Notes under the pieces: generated by a model
What the model saw: the letters and a program-made list of their open reading frames with translations, nothing else
Databases searched by the model: none
Told to the model about the DNA's origin: nothing
Shown here: positions 25,601 to 38,997 of the stretch, piece after piece
Layout of the letters: each line of letters opens with the position of its first letter
Position numbering within the stretch: the first letter of the stretch is position 1
Position numbers and translations under genes: made by a program
Source of the DNA: Lingula anatina
Lineage: Eukaryota; Animalia; Brachiopoda
Direction: 5' to 3'
Length of the DNA stretch: 64,000 nucleotides
Assembly: GCA_051362555.1 (NCBI GenBank)
Contig: CM120648.1
Coordinates: 9,668,587 to 9,732,586, forward strand

Positions 25601-28600
25601 TCATGAGAACAGCAGGTGTAGGTAGGAGACTGAGAGACATTGAATCAAAAAACCAATAATTTTAACATTCTCACAATTTGTCCCTAGGAAAAGATATTGG
25701 CCCTTCCTCCAACTGGTGACATTAATGGCTCATAAACTCCAATAGCTAACGACAGTTCAAAATGAGAAATGAGAAAGACATGCAGTTCTTAATCACGAAG
25801 GGGGAGGGGGGGGGAGGACAAGTCATTGGGCTTATTTCCGATCAAAAAGCTCACAAATTGAAAACTTACGAGAAAATGAAACATAACAGGTAGTGTACCA
25901 CCTGAGAGTAGTTTCAATCCTGAGGGAAAATAAACCAGACGTTTTGTTATGTAGAAATGCAAATTTAGTCACAAATGCAATTCAGGTAGTGCCATCACAG
26001 TCTTTTAACTAATATTAGAGATGACATTTGAGTGGAGAAAGTACTTGATTCTAAAGAACCAGTGAGACTGCGCATCCATATACTAATGAACAGACAGCAA
26101 CAGGGGTGATAGAAAAAGATCAGTAAAATTTTGTTATCGCAGCTGGTAATCTTCACATCAGTATAAGATAAAAATGTACGAATCAAAAGGAAGAAATATA
26201 GACCAAGAATTCCTGGATCAAAATGGAAAATGGGGGGGGGGGGGGGATTTCTAAATGATTTCCTCGTCTGAAAGAGGGGGGTAGGGGTGGGGATGAGATA
26301 GGCAAGAAATCAATAAAATGGAGAAATGGCAGGGAAGGCTGTAAATGAAATCATGATATTGCAGCTTCAGTATGCTCCTACATTATTAAATCATAACTGA
26401 AATCATAAAGTCGTTTAGTCAGTCATGGTAATAAGGCATGATGAGAGTATGGCTGCATGATTGAAAGCACAAGCTCTCTGGTGCATAAGAGCTATCGATA
26501 TTTTGGCAGAGTGAAAGCACTGAGAGCACACAAGGCAAACGGGGTATGGCATTGTAGATTTATCTCTTTGTTAAATCAAGCGAGCTTTTTGAATGTCTGG
26601 TGAATTTTTTTGGACTAAAAGTCTAGATCCTTTGTGGCTAGTTGGTCCTCTCTTTTTAACCCCATTCACACGAGACACTTTCAATCGCGATTAGTGCCAA
26701 ATCGCGATTCTATCGATGTAAAGCTTCTAGTGTGAACGCAGTAGAGACGCCAGATCGCGATTCAAATTAATCCTACTCGAGAGGTGGATTCTATCGATGT
26801 AAACTTAAATCGCGATATAAAATTTCCTAGTGAGAACGGGATCGGTGTAAACACCGGAAGTTGAGGACTTAAGGCGCGTGCATGGTTTCTATCGAAAGTA
26901 CAATACAATACAATACAATAAATTTTATTTCATGTCGGGTATAAATTGAAACGAAACACTAGCTAAATACAGCTATTCGCCGACTGGAAAGTGAAAGAAA
27001 ACAAACTGTCCACGCAATTTCAAGTTTCTTCGCAGTCAGCAAAATGGCCAAGAGGAAGTATGGTCTGAAAACTCAGTGGCAGCATAAACAAATATTTGGG
27101 CCGATGAGAATATTAAACAGAAAATAACACCGTACACACCGAAAGCATGGTCTTGAAGGCAGCTACTGCGCATGATCAACAGGATATACCGTGATTCCCC
27201 TAGCGAGCACAGTTGCAATTACCAGATCTAGCAAGGTAAATCGCGATTTCGTTTTTACATGTGTGAACGCAAAAAAGTGAATTTAGCTAAGCGCGTTAGA
27301 ATCGCGATTCCCTTAATCTCGATTAACCATGTACGTGTGAATGGGGCTATTATTGGAGAACTAGAGGTGCATATATGCAAAGGCATTTCTTGGTAATCCC
27401 CTTGAAAATTGAAAATGTCAAAGAAGAACAACATCTGCATATGCTCCAAATGTAGTGATTCATTCTCTCTTCTTGGTTCGTGCCATCTTTGTAACTTTTT
27501 TGAGAAGGGAAAATTGATCCCTTGGGGTTTGTGGTGTTTTGCATTTTTATTGCTGAGAGGGGAAAACAAAGAAAAGTATGGATGCTAAGTTTGTTATCAA
27601 TAAGTCAATTCTGACTAATTCTGGTATGGTGTATTTTAAAACTTTTTCAATGAAAATAATTTATGTTAGGTGATTTTATCCAAAAATTGAAACTGATCTT
27701 TTCCTGATACTGCACCAAAGGAAACGGCTGTTAGTGTGACTTGTTGTTATCAGAATATATTACATCAAAACTTGATATACCCAACAACAGTGAAAGGAAA
27801 TGTTTGGCAAATTTGTTTTTGTGATACATGTTATTTTTTTCTGCCTCAGTAATATTCTCAAGTCAGGACAAGTATTGCAAATCAGTTTTAGTGATGCAAG
27901 CGCAATTTGTAAGTTAATTATTTGTGACTAAGTATTCTTGACTGGCTTCAAAGATGAAAAAAGTCTGAAAAACTATAATTTTTGGACTTATTTCAAAAAT
28001 TCTGCAAGCAGCTCAATCGATCTGTGGAAAAAAAGCAATGAACCAACCGCCTATTTGTAAAAGTCGACATTGCAATCTCTTATCGCATTTCATATCTCGC
28101 AGCATGGAGATGTTATCAGAGATGAGAGAAATTATTTTTTAACTGCATTCTTCTTTACCAAGGGCAGAACAATCTTCATATATCATTCCTGCTTGGCTTC
28201 TTGTTTTAATGTGTCATATTCGCTTGGGTGAGGGAGTCCAAAAATTTGTGGGACTGGGCTGTTGTGTAACAGGCTAGAAGTAATTTGTCATGGTCAGGTG
28301 GTCAGTAAGCTGTCCAGCTGTGGTCATTGCGTGAAGCATATAAATTGGATAATAGACCAACAAAAATCGGATTTGAATTTTTTTTCACCCTTCACTGTGT
28401 GAATCGTTAATAGGCTGTCATGTGAAGACTGCATGCTCGTTTAGAGATCTACGATTGTATGTGTGCACAGGAATGCACATGCACATGTGTGCATATAGGG
28501 ACTTCCACATTTTAAGTCCTCTGTTTATGATCAGTTCATTGGCCTCCTTCTCAATGTCCAGAATCCATCGTTTTTCTCAATCTGAAACTAATAATCATTC

Positions 28601-30593
28601 GAGACCCACAGATGGCCATAGGAACATTTCACACCAGGGGACAGGGTATTTTCTTGTCATCAAACAGTCTCAATCAGTAGGTGACATTTCCTTATGGTGA
28701 CAATTATGACTGCCCATATAGTCCTTAGTAACTGACCAGGTATGATTGTGTCCCAGTGTAAGCCATGCTTGAGGATGGAAGAAGAAGTAAACCTTGGGAT
28801 CATGATTATAACCCTGTTAATTGTCCCACAATTCTAGAAATAAACCTAATAAGAAGTAGATTGAATGATTATAATTATGACCAGTTAAATCTGACATCGT
28901 TGGTGTTTAGTTCTTAAAAAAAAAAAAAAGACAAGAAAATTGTTGATATAGCGTTTAGTTATTGGTGTGTATATTGATTATTTCATTGCTATTCCAGCAT
29001 CTTTGAAAATGTTTACATCCTTAACCACTGTTAAATACCACCCATATTATTTCTACTATAATACATCTTTGATTCAACAGATAAGCTGAAAATTGAGCAT
29101 CTTGAGGTCCAACCAATTCCATTTAGTGTCCCCTTATATCGTATTTCGGAGCATCTGGACCAGCATGTAACTTTTTCCCATAATCGTACCAAGATATTAA
29201 AGACCCCTTTGTTCCCTCAGCTGACTTGGAATATCATGTTCTACTGTCCTTGGACAAAGTGTGCCATCTTCCAAACCCTGTCTATAAAAGCCCAGTGTCC
29301 TTATTTGTAAAGCGATCCATAAACACAACACTTTCATTATGAGCGATTACCAGGGCTTAAAAGACACGGGGACTGTGATCGGGGACTTCAAAGAGATCGA
29401 GACAAGAAGCAGAGTTGAAGAAGAATAAAGTGCCTTTGAAAATAAAACTCTATTAGATAGTCCACCTACAAAGAGAGAGAAACCCTAACAAATGACTTCT
29501 GAGGCCTCCCGAATTGATTTTGTTAGTGCAGGAGTCGTAATAACTTGAAGGCAATTCAATAATGATAAAAAATAACAATAATAAAAAAGTGATGCTGTAA
29601 GATTGGAATGTCTTTTGTTATGTAAGCATGTTTCATTTTGTTAGGAAAAAGTTATATAAAATGCATGATGGTGTTGTTGCAAATCTTTTCTGTTAGAAAA
29701 AAAAGACAAAAAGAAAAGGCCAATAAAGATACCAAGGTGGAAAATAAGCCTCATAAATCTCTGGATGATTCAGAATTTGTAACCCCTGAGGGCGGGAGAC
29801 TTGGAAAACAATGTGTATGCAGCAGATACAAGACTACCAGCTCGGAACACAAAGACTATTAAAAAGTCTTCCATCAATTTTTTTCCCCATATCTTTCTCT
29901 GCGGCAAATTACAGTTGACAAATTTTGAAGAGGAAATTGTTGTTGTGGCATTCAGGAAGTCCGTGGTGTCGGTTGACATTTAAGATTGTCCACTGAGAGG
30001 TTGACAAGGTCTTTATCAGAAGATCTGATTTTATTAAATTTTCTCAGATTTGTGGTGGATGAAGTAGATATTGCACCAAGAGAAAGAATACATAAAGAGA
30101 GCAATACATGGATTATCATTAAAGGCTCCATTTTAATTTTCACTCATACATTGTGGGTAAGAACTAAAATATGTTTGAAATTTTTTGAAAAATCAAAACT
30201 TCAAAAAAATAATCTTCAACCAGGATTTTAGGGTCATCGAATTGCCAATTTATCAAAACCATGCTGTCAAAAGCTCTTTGTGTCTATTCACATCAATATA
30301 TCTTACATCCTGAGAGAAAAGTTCAGACCACCTCTGCTCTGTAATTTTTGCATAGATGTTATCTTCACAGCAGCAGTAGTAGCAGCATCAGACCCAGTCA
30401 TCTCACCTGGCTTGACGGCATAAATTTTCTTCCCCAGTCACCCAAAGGCAAGCCAATCTTAATTTTTGCTGCTACTGGACCCCAGCCTGCCTCTGTCTGG
30501 TTGCTAGGCAACATAGTTTAGGTTGTATTTAAATGTGAGTCCAAGCCAAGAGTGGTGCCACTGTTTCTTCTGTGCCTGTCATACCAAGTGGAT

Positions 30594-30625
<32 letters not shown>

Positions 30626-33600
30626 CTTGTAACATTCACACAGGTAGCTAATACAAAGCACATATCACACCTCCCCAAGCACCTGCCTGTATGACTTCTC
30701 AGTTAATTAGTGTCTTGTGTCCTAATTATCTTATCCACAGCCTGGACATGACATAACACAGACTTCTGGATTACACTTAATACTGGGTGATTTTCACAGG
30801 GTAATTACAGTATGGAAGGTCAGGTATGGAGAGAGACTTAGGCAGGTTTACACATAGGGACTTGTTATTGGATTGAACCAAAGTCATTCACAATTATGGC
30901 TAGACTTCTTTGGTTGTCTTGAGATGGATTTTTCTAAATGATTAATGTTTTTGGCTTTTCCTTAAGTAAGAAAATGGCATCCATCGCAAAAATGTTTAAG
31001 TAAAAAATATGAATATTTGCTGAGATTAAAGAAATGTACATAAGTAAATGGTTTAACTGTAGAAAAGCATTTGGAATTGTAGTATAAAGTCAAACACATG
31101 AATTATACCATTGAAACTTGATGATGACTCAGAAGGATTCAAATGCCTTGGCATAATCTATTATCTCATTCAGCATAACAATACACAATGACCGCATGGT
31201 CAAATCTCAAATAATTCAATACCCAGGAAGCTGACTAACTCCCACTAGTACGAGTGACCAACTGGCCGCACAGCTAACTGACCTCAATTAACAAAGTGAT
31301 TAATCAGATTCCATCTCCTCGTTAAGACTCATTAATTTCATGGTTTGGTCGGATATTTGCTATCCCATTGTAAAACGGTTGATGGTTTTCCCCCCTGACA
31401 ATGTCTGATAAGAGAACAGAATTAATTCTTGGGGTAAGGGCAGTGTGTGAATGCACAAATTGTTGCCGGTATATTAAACATGTACTCATTGATCTAGTAT
31501 TGAAGTTTTGCAGTAGGTTGTGTCATCAGTAAGGATTTCTGGGAACTAAGGTGTTTAACACGTCCCCTCTCCCATTTATGAAGTAGAAATTGTATGAACT
31601 TTCCATCTCTCTCTCTCTCTCTCTCTCTCTCGACCAAAGAATTCCTATCACATTGCAACCTACCTGAAATTAGTTAATTGAGGTAAACAGGATGCCATGT
31701 TAATAACAACACATTTTACCTGTGGATGACATAATCTTATCAAGCAAGTGACTTCATCCATCCTTGTAAACAGGTGAAAATGTGTGCTCAGAATTAATGT
31801 GACAAGTCGGAGTAATTAAGACAAGTTGTACTTTCATGGCAGAACTGGTATTTAACAGTCTGACACAATGCTATCTCTTCAACAACCTTGTTCTGCATTG
31901 CCAGCCATGTTAATTGAAAAGGGAAGAAGTTAAGTCAAAAGGGGCTATTAAACTGAGTTATGCAAGCTTCTTGTTAAAAAATTTCACCCTGTAACACCAC
32001 CCATGCGAAACGCCAGTGGGGGACTTAATCAGATAGCACATTTTTACCTGCTGTGACATCACCCTATTACTCAGGTAAACCCTATCATTAAGGAACCCCC
32101 ACTGTATTATTACCTCACACCCATCGCATTTTCAATGGAAAATTGCTGGAGTGCAGTCAGACAAGACCGTGAAATTGTTTTTGTTAGGTTTCTAGCCTTT
32201 GATTCCATTCACAAAGTCTGCCATAATGCATAGTTACACAGGGGATCCAATTTGGACGTCTGACTTTATAGTGATTTTTTTTTCAGAAGAAAGATATCAG
32301 TGTTAACTGTTTGAATATAATGATGTTATTGATGTGATTACAAGACTGAGATGTTTTTGCAACAATTTGTGGCGTGTGATTACATTCAGATTGTCTGTCG
32401 TTACACGTATGTTTTCGTTCTGTCATCTTGTTATGGGTTGCTTCTTGTTTCTCATATTTCAAGATGTCAGAATACATCTCTATTAATTCCTGTGTAACTT
32501 TTGTTCAATAACAGCAAGCTGCAAAGCCAAAACGAAGATATTTTTGATAATGAGACATGTAAATGACATGGCCACAAGTTAAGAATTAAATTAAGGAAAA
32601 TAAATTAAAAGGAAGAGACAAGTTCTTTTTCATCCGAGACAGAACTGTCCATTAACCCAGCGTTGCTCTCTCCAATGGCTTAAAAAATGCTTTCATGCTT
32701 TCCAAAAATAAAAAAAAATGGGAGGGGCAGACTGTCTCCTACATGGGTCTTCATTCACTGTCACCAAGTATACCTTATCATCTGGACAGAGGTTCTTAAT
32801 ATATCGGTCTACACTCTGAGATTAATGACAGTCTTTTACAACCGATAACAACATTTAAACTAGTAGTTCCTGTGTTTCATTATTGTAATCTGTATACGGG
32901 TTTGGGGAACATCAGCTCAGGCCATGGGGGCTGGTTATGGATATTTATGATGATGGTGGTGTTATCCTTATGGAGGGGAGGGTCTTCTAACACTGGGGTC
33001 TTGGATTATGGATAGATAATGAAGATGTTTTTTTCCTCTCTTATTGATTCACTTGGCTTGTCAACCATATTGGAAACTGGTGCCATGGACTGGACATGTC
33101 ACTTTTTTTGGTAGAAAAATGTTTTGCAATGGAGAAGTTGATGGTCATAAATGGCTGTAGGTCATATTTTTGAAAATTGTGATGAATTTTCTCGTGACAG
33201 GAACGTACCATCCATCTTAGTACCGTGTGTCTGGATCAGTGTTTTAATAGGGCGTAGCTGGCTTTTTCTTGCAGCGGAACCACAGATTTACTTGTTTTAA
33301 ATGACTGCAGTGCAATTATCGCCAAGTAAAAGCCAGTGTTATCATGGTGAATTCCTCGTGATGGCTGCTTTCTTTCTGTCATCTTTGAGGGCTGCTGTTA
33401 CCAATATTGCTGGTCTTTCAGCAATGATGAAAAAAAAAAATCATTTTCGTTTTATCCTATCGCTGTCACAGCAGCAGAGCTCTTTCTGGTATTTACTTCA
33501 CATTAAGTTCTGCACCTTAATAATTGCTTGTCAAGCTCGCCTTTTGTGAAGGAATTATTAACAATCACAAGTTTCCATCTGCTGATTGTTTTCCTTTTTC

Positions 33601-36600
33601 ATTTCCTTCCATCTAAAATCAATCTCCCAGTTACTGATTTGTAGCCGATCTGTCAGATTATATTGTTTCTCTCTTCTTTTTAAACGAAAGTGATAATCTT
33701 TGGGTACTTAATTTGTTGCTGATGGGGGGAGATTACAACGTTTTTGTCTATGCCATGAATTATTGGTCTCCAGGTGGGAGATTTTTGGGTCCATTTTGCT
33801 TGTTATGCCAAAAAAGTTGTAATCTTAAAGCAAAAGATCTTTAAGCCAAAGGCCAAGATTACGCAGATCTTTGATTTAATCACCTAAAAAAGTGATCTCT
33901 CGGCGGAAAGTTTTTGCACTGATGGACAAATTATGGTTTAAAAAATACAGTCTCAAAATAACAGATCATTATGCCGATGGCAAAGATAATTCGTTTCTTT
34001 CTCATACTTTTTCTCCCCTACCCCTAACTGCCAATTTACAAAAATAGTAATGAAAGTGAAAAAAGTTGAAGGCAATCTTGTGACAAAACTTTGCAATGTG
34101 ATGAAGAGATTGTTTGCATAACATGGCTGTTTTAGAACAGTTTAGGACATTATTGAACTTAATGTCCTGGTAAGCTGAACAGCAAACAGTCTTATAACCC
34201 AGGTACCTGGGCTTATTTAGGTTTTCATTATATTAGGCAGCCAGTGCTGTTAGTGCTTCAGACACCTTGAAAACCGCCGCAATGGCTTCTCTGTAAATAG
34301 ACTGCTTCTTCTTGCTCAATAAAGGAGAAGGCAGAACCAGACTTTCTGTTTGCAAGGGCATTGATATTAAGGGAAATTCTTTTTAAAGTTTTCTTTCTTC
34401 TCTATGTTATGTGAACTATGTAATTAAGTTAGAAGAAGTGTCCCAGTTGAGTTGTTCCGTACAAATATGGTCATTGCTTATGGTACTGGGTTTAAAAATC
34501 GTTGATTGGTTTACTTGGGTTTTGCTGTCATTTTCTTGTAATAATGATTTCTTTTATGTCAGTGAAAGCATAATTGAATCTCCCTAATAAGGAAAGGTAT
34601 GCAGTTTGCTTGATAATAGCACTTATTAGCTTCTTGTTGTTTTTCAATAACTCATAATAACGCGTAATAAGTTTGGGAAAACAACTGCTGAATACTTCTC
34701 ATTTCTCTAATTATAAAAGGAGATCGGGGTGATTGGTTTTTATGCATGTTTATTCTTCCTCTTTGTCTCGCATGAACTTCATATAAGCTTGTCATTATAC
34801 CTTGAGTGAATTTGTAATTTCCCTGATTGTTCAAGGTGTGCCTTTCTGTTGATATGCATTATTCTGCTTCTGATTTTTCATAGTATGGTACATGCATGAA
34901 TTCCATGTAAGATCAAGTTAACAATCCCCAAATTATACACAGGGGATTAACATGGGGATTAAAAACTGAAAGCCTGGCTCCCTTACTTATATTTCATTAC
35001 CAGTTTATGCATCAGAATAACATAACTTAACACCCAAACTATTGTCTTCATCAATCCACTGTTTATTCAACATGGAAGAAAGTCCCAGGGTGTTTGATAG
35101 AAACCCAAAAGGGCTATGGAAGGGATCAACACTTCTTACCTGATACCCAAATAAGGAAGGTGTTCAAATAACATATATTTGAAGTAAGGGACCAGTGATT
35201 AATGTTGTTGTTATTGGCTATATTGTTTTATATATTTATATCCTACCACTTATGAGTTCAATAATCTAAGATTTGTTTGATCACAGCCTTCATTATGCTA
35301 TATACCAACAAGTGCAAATAGCTACAGGAGCTTCCCGTGTTTTTCTCCAAACCAATCACATATGGAAAATCCAATATCAAATTTTACAAACATTCAATAC
35401 ATGAATAATTAAAAGCTACAAGCACTTGCATATTATGGTTGAGTTATTAAATATCAATATCAAGTGGGATTTCGAGTACTCTCGTAGGTTGTGCAGTTAG
35501 CCTTGCAGCTGGTGGCACTTTTAGATGATAGCCAATTTGTGAGTGAAAAAATATTTGCCCAAACCCTTAGACTAGTATAAAAAAAGATAATTTCTCACAA
35601 ATTGCCCCTGCCTATTAAACTTAAAATCCCATTTTGATAACTGGGAAAAAGTGTGGAATTAATTGGAGTGGCAACAACAAGATGATATTGAAAAAAAGAA
35701 ACTGAACTTTTAAAAAGGATTGGTGTTATTTATAATCCTGGGTATTTCAACAGGCTTCTGCAAGCAGAGGAATTTCCTATTAGTTATAATTACATGTTTT
35801 CTGTAGGAAAAAAATCCTGAGTGGGAAATGAAAGGATTTGGTATATGGTTGAATCAAAGCCAATCAAATTGCGGGAATGTCATTTCCAATTTTGATTGCT
35901 TTATCATGTCTTCTATTTTTGCTTCGGTGCATCTCTGGTCTAAAAGCTGTTGGCAGTGTAAAGAAAACAAAATCATATAGAGAGGAATACTGAATTCACT
36001 GTAAGGAAATTGTGATAGAAACTGATGACCTGAAAAAATTAGGAACTTATTATGGTCTCGTTAGATTTTCAAGGAAAACTATATCATAGCACGAACAAGA
36101 AATGTAGGGTTTGAGAATATAACAAATTGGGACTCTCAGAAATGTTTTCAAGTTTTTAGGGTATTGAAAAAAAGACTGCTTTTACATTATGTCAGTTACC
36201 ATATTTTATCTATTCTACAGGATTTAAAAGTAATTGTTCAGTGCCATCTGCAGCATCCTTGTCAGCAATGATGGAAGCTGTCCCTGACCTCGACAGAGAA
36301 CCCTTTTCCATTACATGAGTGGTTTTTCATGTCTCTTCCATGTAATCAAGCACAGGGATTGGAATTTATATAGATTGTGTTGGTAACAAGCCTCCGTGTT
36401 GATTGCTCTTTGGTTTAGGTCTACACGAGAAAGGGAATATGGAGCGATGTTGTGTCTAATGTTCAGGTCGAAATTAGTCTGGTTGCGTATTCATTATTTG
36501 TAAGTGATGGCTTTGCCAGGTTGTGGAAATCCATGTATATGTTTTCATATAATACAATGGTAAGAGAGATTCAGAAAAAAAAAACAAGGGAAGGAAAAGT

Positions 36601-38960
36601 AATTTGTAGTTTTTTCTTTGGAAAATGAGGACATTGAAAGAGGCATGTTTTTATTTTTTTGGCTTCATTGTCTTATTATAAAAACGTTACTTTTACTCTA
36701 CATTGCCTGCTCCATTGGTCGACTGCCATATTTTTCTTTCCCAAACTTAAAAAAAAAAAACTTGCATGAGATGACTCATAGGCACGCTTTCATCACAAAC
36801 AACTTCTTATCTGCCGACAATATTCGATAAGAATCTCGCATCACCCTGCCATACCACATCAGTCCCTGAAAAAACTTCTTGAAATTCTACCGAAAAATGC
36901 TGAACAATCTATAGGCTCGATCCTTGTAATCTAAATCGAATCAGACAATAGGTGACTTGGAAGGAGGATTTTTTAGAGCGGCAAATTTCTTTTATCCCAT
37001 TGCTTGTGCATAGGAAGCAATTTCCTTTCATAAAGAATTGTAATTTGTCAGCGAAATACAATGCCCACGAGTAAGGTTTCGAGAGATTGGGGATGGATTG
37101 AGAGCTTGTTTTGTTTGTTCAATATAGCTCCCCATGTCCCACCTCACTGGTTAATTTTGGAAATGTCCACAGAATTGTAGCCATTATTTTGGCGATCTTG
37201 TGTTGCAAAGTGATTTCCTTGGCAAGGCCGATTTGGTAAGATAGATTTTCATGGAGATAGGGGAAAGGTCGACAAAGGAGAAGCATAGTTGACGATTTTA
37301 AGCCATGAGGTATTCTGGACTTGTTGCTCTCTAGTCTATGTATCCATGTCATATTGCGAATGTTGATTATGAAAACATTTAAGCAATTATTCAAAACTTT
37401 GTTTTAAACAAGACTTGTTTTTCTGAAGAGGGTGAGAAAAAAATCCTTTTTTGCCAGCTCATTTGATACTAGATTAAAAGCAAAAAAGGTGTCTCTGTTT
37501 AGAAATGTCTCCTTCCATAGAATAAAAACTAAGGTATAGATGGTTTGAGTCACATTCCGACACTTCGGGATCTTAAAATTGCAACATGGTTGTTGTTTGA
37601 TAAGGCATGAAGGGATTTTAAGTTGCGTCTTATCTCCTGTGAACTGTCCCGGATTCCTGGGTCGTCCCGGAAACTTCACATGGTCTGTCGCCTCTTGTCA
37701 AGCAAAAAAAAGATGAGCTCGCCAATATCAGGAGATTGAAATGAGTGTCCACAAAAGAAGACGTCTGATTTTTTTTTGTCTTTTGCAGAATTAATGATTT
37801 GTTTCTTTCAATTGCATTTTTCTCCTCACACACAGTAGTGAAGCATTCCAAATGTTTCTGTGTCGTTATTTTCAGTAGTGCCTTTAAGAGCGATGACAAA
37901 GAAAAAATAGTGACATGAAATTATGTAAATGGTGAATTTACGTGTCCTTTCAGCAGCATTTCTAAATACATTATTGCAAGTCATTACTGAAGTGAAATAA
38001 ATATTATGTGCGGGCTGGGAGGAGGCATGCATTCATTCCCATTATATGAAATGTGTATAAAAACCCAGTGTATTCATTTTGAGAAATAACATGCATGTTA
38101 AAAGTTGTTAAAATGTTAAATTGAATTTTTTTTAATGAAAAAGAAAGGTACAGCTTGAAACTTTCAAAATGTCGGAGGATTTTATTATTCATGAACAATA
38201 AGCTTCTCAGGTTAATCAAAAATAAGCACTACCAATAAAGATATAGGATTGTATAGGACAACTCTGTAGTACCTAAAGAAAAAAAAAATGAAGTAGAAAT
38301 GTGAGAAATAAATTCACCAAGTTGCAGAAAAGAACAAAAGTTTTAATTTTCAGACTCACAACAACAGACGGATCGTCTGTCACATGAAATGTCTCATTTG
38401 TCAATTGCTCCCCAACCTCTAATAGAATCCGTTTCAAAAACATAATACTCTAAAGCACATGTGATCATCTCATATGTGATTTGTTCACTGACCCCGAAAA
38501 AAACATGCCGGTCTCGGACCTAGGAACAACAGTCAGAAGTGAAAAATTACTGTAAAGTATATTAGGATGGATATCTTCGGCAGAGATTCTTATTTGGTAT
38601 CTTATTTGGTTTTGTGAAGGAAAACATTTGAGGTCTTTTAATGCCGCCAAAAATGGAAATAGAAGTTTGAAATTACTGAATTTGTTTGGAATGGAAGAAA
38701 CCATTTTAAAATGTCTTAAAATGTGTTTAAATGTTTTTGCATCAAGAATCTTGCATTTTGTTCATTATTGATGAGAATATTTCTTAGTATATCTTCTCAT
38801 GTTGGCCGTTGTCACACACCAGTTTTCTCGGAGAAATAAGTATTATACGCACTTACAGAGGGCTGTAAAAATAAAATAAAAGAAACAATCAGATCAAAAT
38901 GGCCTTACTTCCAGGTGCTCACAATACACAGTAGAAATTAAACCCTGAATCAACCAAAGA

Positions 38961-38997
<37 letters not shown>

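Noticed and set aside
29638-30231. Cluster of overlapping short ORFs, one with a signal-peptide-like start on the minus strand
   Set aside because: No homology or consistent splice pattern; expected by chance.
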